Below, piece by piece: positions 28,423 through 36,230 of a DNA stretch of 64,000 bases. The DNA comes from a virus. Its lineage: Duplodnaviria > Caudoviricetes. Location: IMG/VR virus record IMGVR_UViG_3300032030_000033, positions 1 to 64,000 of that record. One strand, given 5' to 3'. Made by a program: the position numbers and the translations under genes. The notes beneath the pieces are model-generated. The model did not search any database and was not told the DNA's origin. It worked only from the letters and a program-made list of their open reading frames with translations. Numbering within the stretch: the stretch's first letter is position 1; each line of letters opens with the position of its first letter.

Positions 28423-29526
28423 TTAACTTAAATACTTGTCCTTATCTGGATCCTTTGGATATTTACAGTTGTAAAAAACAATATTATTAAAGCCTTTGCC
28501 TCTTAATTTTATAATATCTGCATTTATTTCTTTGTTGCCTTTAAGATATGATGGTAGATAAATTTTATTAATTAAATCAAGAGTTATAAATTTTCCTTCT
28601 GGAACTCTGTGTCTAACTTCCATATGTTCATTCGAGGTGTCATTTTTTAAAAGTTTAAAGTCATGTATTAAATCTTTAATTTTTCTTTTGTCTGGACACC
28701 ATTTTCCCAAAAAATTTGCAATTTCTTCAAACTCTTGTATAGACATTTTTCTTAAATTCTTTTTTATATATTCACACTTTTTTTTGAAAACTGGCGGCAT
28801 TCCCAATTTACCATTTTCGACCGTTTCTTTGTAAACATTATCCAGAGATTTTAAAACGAATAATCTATACTGTATTGGGTATTCTTGTATAGGTCTCGCT
28901 TTTCCAAATTTATTTTTAAGTCTATCTTCTTTAAATGAAAATTTTATATCTCCAGCTTCCGGGGATAATTTAAGTGTTGGATGGTTATCTGGAGTTCTAT
29001 CTGAACGAACAAAACAAAACTCGTTTGTTACCTTTCCGCCGTAAGTTTTTGAAAGGTTGGCGTGAAAAAAACTTCCACTTAGCCCTTTACCATTTACTAA
29101 ACTATTTACAATTCCATGAAAATTTTCAACATTTGTATAATGATAAAAGCTAGATTCATCTTTCTCATACTTGCCATCTATACTGTGATATAATTCGTTA
29201 ATTACTTCTTCGCTTAAAGTTTTATTTTTATTAATCATTTCATTAAATTTTTTAAACTCTGGAGATTTATAAAAAAAATCAAAAAAAGACATTTTATTTT
29301 TTTTAAAAAAAGAAATAACTTTTTTTTCAAGTCCTGGATGTGCCATTAAAAAATCACACTGTTCGTCGGTAATTCCTCCAGACTCTACAAATTCTTCATA
29401 TTCTGAGTCACCATTATATTCTTTTAATGTTTTTTTCTTTCTAAAACTTTCCCTGTCTTTTAAAAATTCTTCTCTTTCTTGAAAAAATTTTCGTTTTTCT
29501 TCTTCTAAATTTTGCTTTTTTTTCAT
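28423..29526 (-). CDS. Putative ADP-ribosyltransferase-fold protein with long acidic propeptide
   Basis: FYHYTN...I...GL...FCFVRS...EHMEVR pattern (H-Y-T / CF / E-x-x-E-x-R); N-terminal LEEE, LKE, LSEE, INE sites; start set to ATG at 29526. Confidence 0.5.
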   Translation of the reverse strand: MKKKQNLEEEKRKFFQEREEFLKDRESFRKKKTLKEYNGDSEYEEFVESGGITDEQCDFLMAHPGLEKKVISFFKKNKMSFFDFFYKSPEFKKFNEMINKNKTLSEEVINELYHSIDGKYEKDESSFYHYTNVENFHGIVNSLVNGKGLSGSFFHANLSKTYGGKVTNEFCFVRSDRTPDNHPTLKLSPEAGDIKFSFKEDRLKNKFGKARPIQEYPIQYRLFVLKSLDNVYKETVENGKLGMPPVFKKKCEYIKKNLRKMSIQEFEEIANFLGKWCPDKRKIKDLIHDFKLLKNDTSNEHMEVRHRVPEGKFITLDLINKIYLPSYLKGNKEINADIIKLRGKGFNNIVFYNCKYPKDPDKDKYLS

Positions 29527-29528
29527 AA

Positions 29529-30185
29529 TCACTCCCAATCGTCACTTGGTGCTAAATCTGCAACACTACATTGTTTATAAAACCAGCCTTCTTTCTTTTT
29601 AAGTTTAGTCATTTGCTGTGGTTTATAACATCTTATATTATTTTTTACTATCTCTGGATAAAATTTTTTTATTCTTTGATAAATGTCTTTTTTGTCTTTT
29701 TTTAGCAATTGTGCAAATGAAACGATTTCGTCTACTGCTTTCTTATCTACTTTTTTATCCTTAGAATAGTTTAAATTAAAAGCCAATATATCATGACGCC
29801 CAGGCTTTACGTTTCCTTTACCATCATAAATATAATCATTATCAAGAACTATTACTTTTGGATGTTTGTCGTGAATTTGATAACCTTTATTTGGGTATTT
29901 AGAACGATATTTAAATTTTGCATAAGCAAGTCCTTCTTCGAGTGGTAAATCTACCATATCGTCATACTGCTCGTTTATGTATTCAACCATTTGTTCAAGT
30001 GAAGAAAATGATTTATCTTCCCCTAATAAGAAATAGTCGCCCTGATTATAAATATAATTATAGGCGACATTTCCGTAGAGAGTCTTTATCTCTCTATCTT
30101 CTGAGAAAAAATCATGAATGTTTTCTTCGTTTAAGGAAAGGATTTCTTCCCTTAAATCTTTTTCTTTCAAATCGTTAAAATTCAT
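29529..30185 (-). CDS. gp2-like DNA end protector paralogue with N-terminal propeptide
   Basis: DKHPKVIVL...LAFNLNY...IRCYK parallels the gp2 D..P / NLHY / R.Y motifs; MNFNDLKE..LNEE..LEEG leader. Confidence 0.45.
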   Translation of the reverse strand: MNFNDLKEKDLREEILSLNEENIHDFFSEDREIKTLYGNVAYNYIYNQGDYFLLGEDKSFSSLEQMVEYINEQYDDMVDLPLEEGLAYAKFKYRSKYPNKGYQIHDKHPKVIVLDNDYIYDGKGNVKPGRHDILAFNLNYSKDKKVDKKAVDEIVSFAQLLKKDKKDIYQRIKKFYPEIVKNNIRCYKPQQMTKLKKKEGWFYKQCSVADLAPSDDWE

Positions 30186-30187
30186 AA

Positions 30188-30667
30188 TTAATAAGGAAAG
30201 TAATTAGCCTCTTCTTTTAAATGCTTATTTGCGTATTGTGCTACAGACTCTATATCTTTTCCAGTTCTGTTTGGTTCTACGTTTGCATTTTTCTTTTGCA
30301 AAACAGCAATTTCAGCAATCCTTTTAAACAATGGGTCATCTTCTACATCTATAACAACTGGGTCATACCATTTTGTTTCCCAGCCGATACTATTAAGTAA
30401 TCTAACTATTTCAAATTTTTTAGTTCTTAAATTATATTCCAAAAAGTATTCATTACCTTTCCAGTCTGGCATCGTAAACTTTCCTTTGCTTTTAAGATAA
30501 TCAATAATTTTTTGGTTCATTCTCCAAGAAACCATAGTGGTTTTATTTTTAGAATAAATAGTGTCTCCACCATTATAGTCAAGACCATATTTTCTTAACT
30601 CTTTATCTAAGCCGATGTTTGATTTATATGTTTTTGCTTTTGTTTCAAATTGTCCTTCGTTAATCAT
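30188..30667 (-). CDS. Putative internal head protein; C-terminal YFPY tag
   Basis: MINE-G start, ends LKEEANYFPY; leaderless late motif. Confidence 0.55.
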   Translation of the reverse strand: MINEGQFETKAKTYKSNIGLDKELRKYGLDYNGGDTIYSKNKTTMVSWRMNQKIIDYLKSKGKFTMPDWKGNEYFLEYNLRTKKFEIVRLLNSIGWETKWYDPVVIDVEDDPLFKRIAEIAVLQKKNANVEPNRTGKDIESVAQYANKHLKEEANYFPY

Positions 30668-30671
30668 ACAA

Positions 30672-31415
30672 TTAACTTAGTTTTGATAATTTGTATCTAC
30701 AATGCTTATTCCATTCTTTTGTTTTTGATAATTCTATTTTATAAAATTTTGTGTCTGGCAAGAAAGAATATAAATAATCTAAATTTTCTTCACCAACTAA
30801 TCCTCTTTCTAGACTTTCTTTTGTGCCAACATAAAAAGCACTTACGTCACAATTATAAAAATAAACACTTCTATTATCGAAGATATAAAAACTTTTTTCA
30901 TCTAGGCTTCTTACAGCGTTTAGTATAAATCTATCTTCTCCATTTACTAAATCTATGTCTCTTTTAATTGGCTTAAAGAAACTCTTCAAGGCTTCTGTTT
31001 TGTAAAACCTACACCAAACCCCAGTTCCATAACATGACAAATTGTTTATATTAATACTTGATTTAAACTCAGAGTCGGGTCTTTTAAAGCCAAACTGTAA
31101 AATGTTTTCAGTTCTTCCTGTAAAATCTTCTTCTCTTACAAAATCTATTATATCATCGTCTGCATCAACAAACCAAACATAATCGCCCTCTGCTACATCT
31201 AATCCTAACCTTCTTCCTTCTAGGATATAACAATTTTTGCCCTTTGAAACATATTTATATTTTGTTTCAAAGGGCTTTTGGTTATCTCTATTATCAACAA
31301 GAATTATTTCATGATTTGCTAGAACATATTTTTCCACAGAAGAAATAATATGCTCTAGTTTATCATAGTCTTTATCGCAAAAGACTATGATAACAGACAA
31401 ATTAGTCTTCTTCAT
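30672..31415 (-). CDS. Family 2 glycosyltransferase
   Basis: Start set at MKKTNLSVII; EIILVDN, GRRLGL..AEGDYVWFVDADD, VW.RFYK, GED. Confidence 0.85.
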   Translation of the reverse strand: MKKTNLSVIIVFCDKDYDKLEHIISSVEKYVLANHEIILVDNRDNQKPFETKYKYVSKGKNCYILEGRRLGLDVAEGDYVWFVDADDDIIDFVREEDFTGRTENILQFGFKRPDSEFKSSININNLSCYGTGVWCRFYKTEALKSFFKPIKRDIDLVNGEDRFILNAVRSLDEKSFYIFDNRSVYFYNCDVSAFYVGTKESLERGLVGEENLDYLYSFLPDTKFYKIELSKTKEWNKHCRYKLSKLS

Positions 31416-31935
31416 AAGTAACGTTAAGTGTGTAGTCCTCGTAGTAAGAAGGTCTAGAAACAACATTAGAGCTTATAATGTTTGGAGTTTCTTCTCCTTC
31501 GTCTGGAGTAAGAGCTGGGTAAGTTTCTGAATCACCAGAGAACTGTTGGAATGTAGCTCCTCCTCCAAAGCTACCAGTTTCTCCATTATGCTCGTAGTTA
31601 AGATGTAATGAATAAACATTATGCTCGTTTATATCACCAGTATATGTTAATTCTACTACAAAAATGTCTCCAGAACCTAGATCAAAATAAACAGTTTTTG
31701 TTTTAGTTGCTACTGGTGTTGGCTCATCTTCTTCTACTGGTTCTTCATCCTCGGCCACTGCTTTTAATTTATTTGCTGGGATGCCTACAATTTCTGTTGG
31801 TGCTTTTGAGTTAGCGTCATATACTAATTCACCCTCTACTGCTTTTGCAATTGCAATTTTTGCTAAAGGGTTTCTTGCTTCTGTATCATAAGAATATGAT
31901 ACGCCATCTACTTCAAAACTTGATATGTTTGCCAT
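31402..31935 (-). CDS. Putative virion decoration protein (N-terminal domain shared with 35157..35393)
   Basis: MANISSFEVDGVSYSYDTEARNPLAK..GELVY, acidic/Pro linker, beta-rich C-terminal domain. Confidence 0.55.
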   Translation of the reverse strand: MANISSFEVDGVSYSYDTEARNPLAKIAIAKAVEGELVYDANSKAPTEIVGIPANKLKAVAEDEEPVEEDEPTPVATKTKTVYFDLGSGDIFVVELTYTGDINEHNVYSLHLNYEHNGETGSFGGGATFQQFSGDSETYPALTPDEGEETPNIISSNVVSRPSYYEDYTLNVTYEED

Positions 31936-31961
31936 ATTTATTCTCCTTTATTTAATTAACT

Positions 31962-32762
31962 TTACCATATATGAAAAATGAAGCGACCGCCGTTCCAAAT
32001 AATCTCACACCCGCCAAACAAGGCTAATCCAGTATATAAAACCATATCGCCATAATCATTATTTGTAGCCATAAGAATGGCTCCAGACACTATCATTGGA
32101 ACAGTTGTTGCTGGTATTATTATATTTACAGCAGCATTTGCTCTTTTTTGCTTCTGTTCGTAATCTAATACAACTTCTTTAAATTCTTCATTTAGTTTTT
32201 TCAAATTATCATTTTCTGATTTAATCTTATTGTTTTCTTCTGTTATATCACCAATGATTTCAATTGCTAGCGCGGTATCTTCTTTATTGCTTATCAGTGC
32301 TTTCGTTGCTAAGTCCAAGCAATTCTGTAAGTCTTGCGATAGTTTGTTCATCTTGTTCAGCTTTGATTCCAGCAAGCTGTAAGATGTAGTCTGTTGTTCC
32401 CGCAACTGCTTCGATTCCTCTCGTACGACTTTCAAGCTCTCTCTGGCTAGACTTAATAACTGACTTACACTCATCGACAAGAGATTGGAGTTCTCTATTT
32501 TTGAGAGTAGCATCTTCGATTTGCTCGACTGCGACATTGTCCCCGTCTCCGATAGAATTGAGTATGCCTCCAAGATTGTTTGCGTCATTTGAGATTTTAT
32601 CTGTTGAGGTGTCAATGTTGTTGATTGACTGTTCAACTCTGTTGCTATCAAGTTCAAGTCCTCTAACTCTGGTGTATCTTCCTGCGAAAAAACAGGAAAC
32701 ACAAAGAATGATAACAATACCGATACTAATAAAAAATTTCTTATCAATTTTGATTTCCACAT
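31962..32762 (-). CDS. Spanin-like envelope protein 1 (signal peptide, coiled coil, two C-terminal hydrophobic segments)
   Basis: MWKSKLIRNFLLVSVLLSFFVFPVFS|QE signal; heptad-rich middle; hydrophobic C-terminus ending FIFHIW. Confidence 0.55.
   Translation of the reverse strand: MWKSKLIRNFLLVSVLLSFFVFPVFSQEDTPELEDLNLIATELNSQSTTLTPQQIKSQMTQTILEAYSILSETGTMSQSSKSKMLLSKIENSNLLSMSVSQLLSLARESLKVVREESKQLREQQTTSYSLLESKLNKMNKLSQDLQNCLDLATKALISNKEDTALAIEIIGDITEENNKIKSENDNLKKLNEEFKEVVLDYEQKQKRANAAVNIIIPATTVPMIVSGAILMATNNDYGDMVLYTGLALFGGCEIIWNGGRFIFHIW
32284..32760 (-). CDS. Spanin-like envelope protein 2, fully nested out of frame (TM or lipoprotein signal plus coiled coil)
   Basis: GTG start 2 nt after the ATG of the host gene; KKFFISIGIVIILCVSC then coiled coil. 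Confidence 0.55.
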   Translation of the reverse strand: MEIKIDKKFFISIGIVIILCVSCFFAGRYTRVRGLELDSNRVEQSINNIDTSTDKISNDANNLGGILNSIGDGDNVAVEQIEDATLKNRELQSLVDECKSVIKSSQRELESRTRGIEAVAGTTDYILQLAGIKAEQDEQTIARLTELLGLSNESTDKQ

Positions 32763-32906
32763 TTATTCTCCTTTAAAATTTCTTCAACCTTATCTTTTAT
32801 GTTTTCATTATATAAAATTCTTTGTAATTTTATATTATGCTTTTTTGCGTATTTTCTTTTCATCCAGTCGTGATGTTTTTGAACTAAAAAATCGTGACTA
32901 CCATAC
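32744..32906 (-). pseudogene. C-terminal remnant of a PD-(D/E)xK homing endonuclease
   Basis: YGSHDFLVQKHHDWMKRKYAKKHNIKLQRILYNE matches the C-terminus of 37108..38010 (FGGLESFKKQRENDCKKKNYAKKNKIMLLEVPYWE); no plausible start. Confidence 0.6.
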
Positions 32907-33488
32907 ACGGACTGTATTAAGAACCATCTGTATATGCTCCTGAAGTTCTGTTTGGTTATAAGCAACTTTTGAGGGGTTTGTATAATTATTTCCATTTGGG
33001 TTATAAGCGTTATCTATCATTTGGTTTAGCTGTTTAATTAAATTATCTCTGCCGTCTTTAACCGAATAACATTGTTTAACACTTATATTTGAAAATCCAG
33101 GACAAATTGTATAATAATTACAAAGCCCTAAATGATAAATTCTATAACATTTTTTTGGTATGTTTGGACGATTCATTTTTATATAATAATAAAATTGTCT
33201 CGGATTTACAATTTGTCCACCGCGTTTCATCATATAGATTAACCTTAATAGCCACTGCAAATCGTTTAAATCCATATAATGAAGATTAAAGCCGTGAGCA
33301 TATTGTTTTCCATTTTTTGCTGTATAGGTTCCCATATAAAGAATAGTAGGGGTTCTGTCGTGCCTGAAGTTTTGATAATTTCCTGAAATGATTGCACCAA
33401 TAGGCCAATTACGAGTTTTTATAAAACCTGTAACAACTGATGATTTTATATTTCTTAACCAGTCAATTATACTTTTAAAGAAAGACAT
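32898..33488 (-). CDS. T4 gp2-like DNA end protector protein
   Basis: DRTPTILY...GFNLHYM...KKCYRIYH; GAGG SD. Confidence 0.65.
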   Translation of the reverse strand: MSFFKSIIDWLRNIKSSVVTGFIKTRNWPIGAIISGNYQNFRHDRTPTILYMGTYTAKNGKQYAHGFNLHYMDLNDLQWLLRLIYMMKRGGQIVNPRQFYYYIKMNRPNIPKKCYRIYHLGLCNYYTICPGFSNISVKQCYSVKDGRDNLIKQLNQMIDNAYNPNGNNYTNPSKVAYNQTELQEHIQMVLNTVRVW

Positions 33489-33496
33489 ATTTCCTC

Positions 33497-34768
33497 CTAA
33501 AATTTATAAACTTCTTTTTTTAACCCTTGTAGTTTTCCAAAATCTCCACAAAATAAACATTTAAGTTTTCCAAGTTCGTTGCTATCTATGTATTTATCGT
33601 CACCATATTCTATTTCTAGCTTTTTACTATTAAGAATATAAGCAATAGTTTTTAAGACAAACTCTGCCTCTAACTTTTGAAGTTCACAAAACATTTTTTT
33701 ATTTACATATCTACAGAAGGTCGCTGAACCACCACATAACTTTAAAAACTTACACTCAGGGCAATTTTCATCCATTGCCTCTTGGTATTTTTTTAAACCG
33801 CTTTCGAATTGATTGTCGACATATGCTTTCAAATCAAATCCATTTCTTAAATTTCCTATTGGTGGCTTATGCCCTATCGAATAATTACAATCGTAAATTT
33901 CTCCATCTTTATAAAAGCAAAGTGTTGAAAAGTCAATTGCACAGTAGGCAAACTTATCATTATTTAACAATTTCCAGCAAATATCGTTAGTTTTTATAAA
34001 GTTTAACCAAGCCCATTTTCCCTCTATAACTTTTTGATAAAACTTATCATAAAATTTTTTAAAATTACTTATTATTTTTTCAATGTTTACTGGCCTGTCT
34101 CTTAGTATATTAAATCTCACAAAACAAGCCCCTAGGCTTTTACACTCTTCTACAACTTCCCATATGTCTGTTTCTTCTGTTACCGTAATTTCAAGTTCTA
34201 CTTTAAAATTATTTTCTACTAATTTTTTTATATTATTTTTTACAACTTCTTGTTTATCTCTGTTAATTTTTTGATATTTTTCTCCATCATAACTAACCTT
34301 AAAAAAACTATTCATTTTTTTATAAGAAACAAGAAATTTTTCTAGTTGTAAATTATAGCCGTTTGTAATAAAAAGAACTTTAGAATTTGGAAATTCTTTT
34401 TTTATATAAAAAACAGTTCTTAAAAACTGTTCTGGGTTAATTATTGGTTCTCCAGTAAAACTAATTTGAAAACTTATTGGTTTATCAATATTAGATTTTT
34501 TTATGTAATCTACAATTTCTTTATAATCTTCAAAAATAAAATCTCTTGTTTTTTCTTTTACATAGCAATAAGAACATCTAAAATTGCAAGATGAATTTGG
34601 AGTAATTGTAAATACCACTCCGTCTTCTCTTCTTCTTTTTTCGTCTAACAACTTAAAATCCTCTTCTGGATTTATAATTGAATTTCCATTTTCCAAAATT
34701 AGCGAATTGTTTTTACTATAATAGACAGCTTTAAGTTCTGGTATTTCAAACTTTTCATCTATATTCAT
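33497..34768 (-). CDS. Radical SAM / SPASM-domain maturase-like enzyme
   Basis: CNFRCSYC, TGEP, TNG, SYDG; SPASM C...GEIYDC...IGNL...CPECKFLKLCGG..C..C. Confidence 0.9.
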   Translation of the reverse strand: MNIDEKFEIPELKAVYYSKNNSLILENGNSIINPEEDFKLLDEKRRREDGVVFTITPNSSCNFRCSYCYVKEKTRDFIFEDYKEIVDYIKKSNIDKPISFQISFTGEPIINPEQFLRTVFYIKKEFPNSKVLFITNGYNLQLEKFLVSYKKMNSFFKVSYDGEKYQKINRDKQEVVKNNIKKLVENNFKVELEITVTEETDIWEVVEECKSLGACFVRFNILRDRPVNIEKIISNFKKFYDKFYQKVIEGKWAWLNFIKTNDICWKLLNNDKFAYCAIDFSTLCFYKDGEIYDCNYSIGHKPPIGNLRNGFDLKAYVDNQFESGLKKYQEAMDENCPECKFLKLCGGSATFCRYVNKKMFCELQKLEAEFVLKTIAYILNSKKLEIEYGDDKYIDSNELGKLKCLFCGDFGKLQGLKKEVYKF

Positions 34769-34770
34769 AT

Positions 34771-35067
34771 TTATTTTTTCTCTTCTTTCTTAGTTGTTTT
34801 CTTGACTGTTTTTTTAGTTGCTTTCTTCTTTGTTGGTTCTATCTTCCCTTCTTCTTTTTGTTGCTGAACTGTTTTAAGTAATGCAGCAGTTCCTTGATTT
34901 TTTGCACTTGCTAAAGACTGCATATCTTTAAGAGTATCTTTCTTTGGTTTCTTTTGATTTTCCTCTTTTTCAATTGCTCTTTTTGCTAATTTATCAGCCT
35001 CTTTTTCTATGTCTTTTGGCTCACACATTCTATTATCTACAATTGCTTTTACATTATTAAAATCCAT
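34771..35067 (-). CDS. Lys-rich basic protein (possible DNA-condensing head protein)
   Basis: Start set to MDFNNVK (AAGGA SD, late motif 35085-35091); KKKATKKTVKKTTKK tail. Confidence 0.6.
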   Translation of the reverse strand: MDFNNVKAIVDNRMCEPKDIEKEADKLAKRAIEKEENQKKPKKDTLKDMQSLASAKNQGTAALLKTVQQQKEEGKIEPTKKKATKKTVKKTTKKEEKK

Positions 35068-35092
35068 TTTATTTTCCTTTTTAATTAACTTT

Positions 35093-35143
35093 CGGTAACG
35101 AATTAGAGCCTTCTTTCGAAGGCTCATTTCATCTCGTCGCGGC
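35093..35143 (-). other. GC-rich intergenic stem-loop (GAAA tetraloop) without U tract
   Basis: Minus strand GACGAG-ATGAAAT-GAGCCTTC-GAAA-GAAGGCTC-TAA-TTCGTT. Confidence 0.55.
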
Positions 35144-35156
35144 AAGAATTCTATAA

Positions 35157-35393
35157 TTAAAGAACTTCTGTTGGTGAAACGTGTGATTTAATTGTGAATG
35201 TTTTTTCTGCTGTAGAAACTTCTGTTCCATTGATTACTGGAACTTTTTTTGTTTCTGTTACTGCTTCGTCAATCTTATAAACCAACTCACCATCAAGAGC
35301 TTTCTTAATATTCTTCTTTGCCAAAGGACTTCTTGATTCTGTGTCGTAAGCGTATGAAACACCGTTTACTTCAAAATTCTGAATATTTGCCAT
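35157..35393 (-). CDS. Small putative virion protein, paralogue of the 31402..31935 N-domain
   Basis: Start set to MANIQNFEVNGVSYAYDTESRSPLAK..GELVY (AAGGAG SD, late motif). Confidence 0.65.
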   Translation of the reverse strand: MANIQNFEVNGVSYAYDTESRSPLAKKNIKKALDGELVYKIDEAVTETKKVPVINGTEVSTAEKTFTIKSHVSPTEVL

Positions 35394-35422
35394 GTTATTC
35401 TCCTTTATATTTAACTTAGTAT

Positions 35423-36220
35423 TTAGCAAGCAATAAAAGATAAACCAGATTGTTTGCCGTTCTTTTTACCATAGACTTCGTAGCCTATTCCAGGTTTAAA
35501 TGTAGTAACTGTTTCGTCGAAATCATCTACGTTAACAACTACTAAATTTCCATTTTCTATTTTTAATTTTGGATTTGGAATAAATCCATTATCACTCTTC
35601 TTATATTTATCAAAGTCCAAACCGCGCATTTTTCTTTCTTTTCTATCTTTGCTTTCTTGGAATCCCATAAAGTTATCAGACTCTTTTGATAATTGATACC
35701 CAGATTCTCTTCCGTATGGAAATGTAACCCAGTCTTCTTTTATAGTAATAGAAACAACTTCTTTATTCGCAACCTTCTTTTTCGAAAAAGAAGGAACGCC
35801 ATTTACAGTTGAAGTTGAAGCTCTAACAAGCTCAAAAACATCTCCATGATTTTCATCTGCCTCTGGAAATCTTAACAAATCATTACCAACAACACCGAGT
35901 TGTTCTGTAAGATAATCAAAATCGCCCTTTATTTTTCCTAAACCAGTTTGGTTTTCGTATTTATCATTACCAGCACCAGTATAATAATAATTATACTCTG
36001 GATACCCTTCAAACAAAGGAGTAGAAACGTCTCTTACAACTTCGTTTCCTTCTTCATCCAAAACTGGGTTTCCATTAACATCTAAAACCACTTTTGTCCC
36101 AGCATTATCTGTTAGTGGTTTTCCTTCTCCATCTACGCCAGATTTTTTTGTTAAAAATTTATTAGCATAACAAATAACCTGTCCGTCTGATAATGTTATA
36201 AGTATCTGTCCTCTAATCAT
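35423..36220 (-). CDS. Hypothetical virion protein
   Basis: GAGG SD; 265 aa within a late operon. Confidence 0.6.
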   Translation of the reverse strand: MIRGQILITLSDGQVICYANKFLTKKSGVDGEGKPLTDNAGTKVVLDVNGNPVLDEEGNEVVRDVSTPLFEGYPEYNYYYTGAGNDKYENQTGLGKIKGDFDYLTEQLGVVGNDLLRFPEADENHGDVFELVRASTSTVNGVPSFSKKKVANKEVVSITIKEDWVTFPYGRESGYQLSKESDNFMGFQESKDRKERKMRGLDFDKYKKSDNGFIPNPKLKIENGNLVVVNVDDFDETVTTFKPGIGYEVYGKKNGKQSGLSFIAC

Positions 36221-36230
36221 TTATTACCTC

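Noticed and set aside
32907-32995. N-terminal part of the 83-aa ORF 32744..32995 as a real gene
   Set aside because: Out-of-frame overlap with the gp2-like gene; only the downstream part resembles an endonuclease remnant
35068-35145. N-terminal extension MPRRDEMSLRKK of ORF 34771..35145
   Set aside because: TTG start inside a hairpin; late motif and SD point to ATG at 35067
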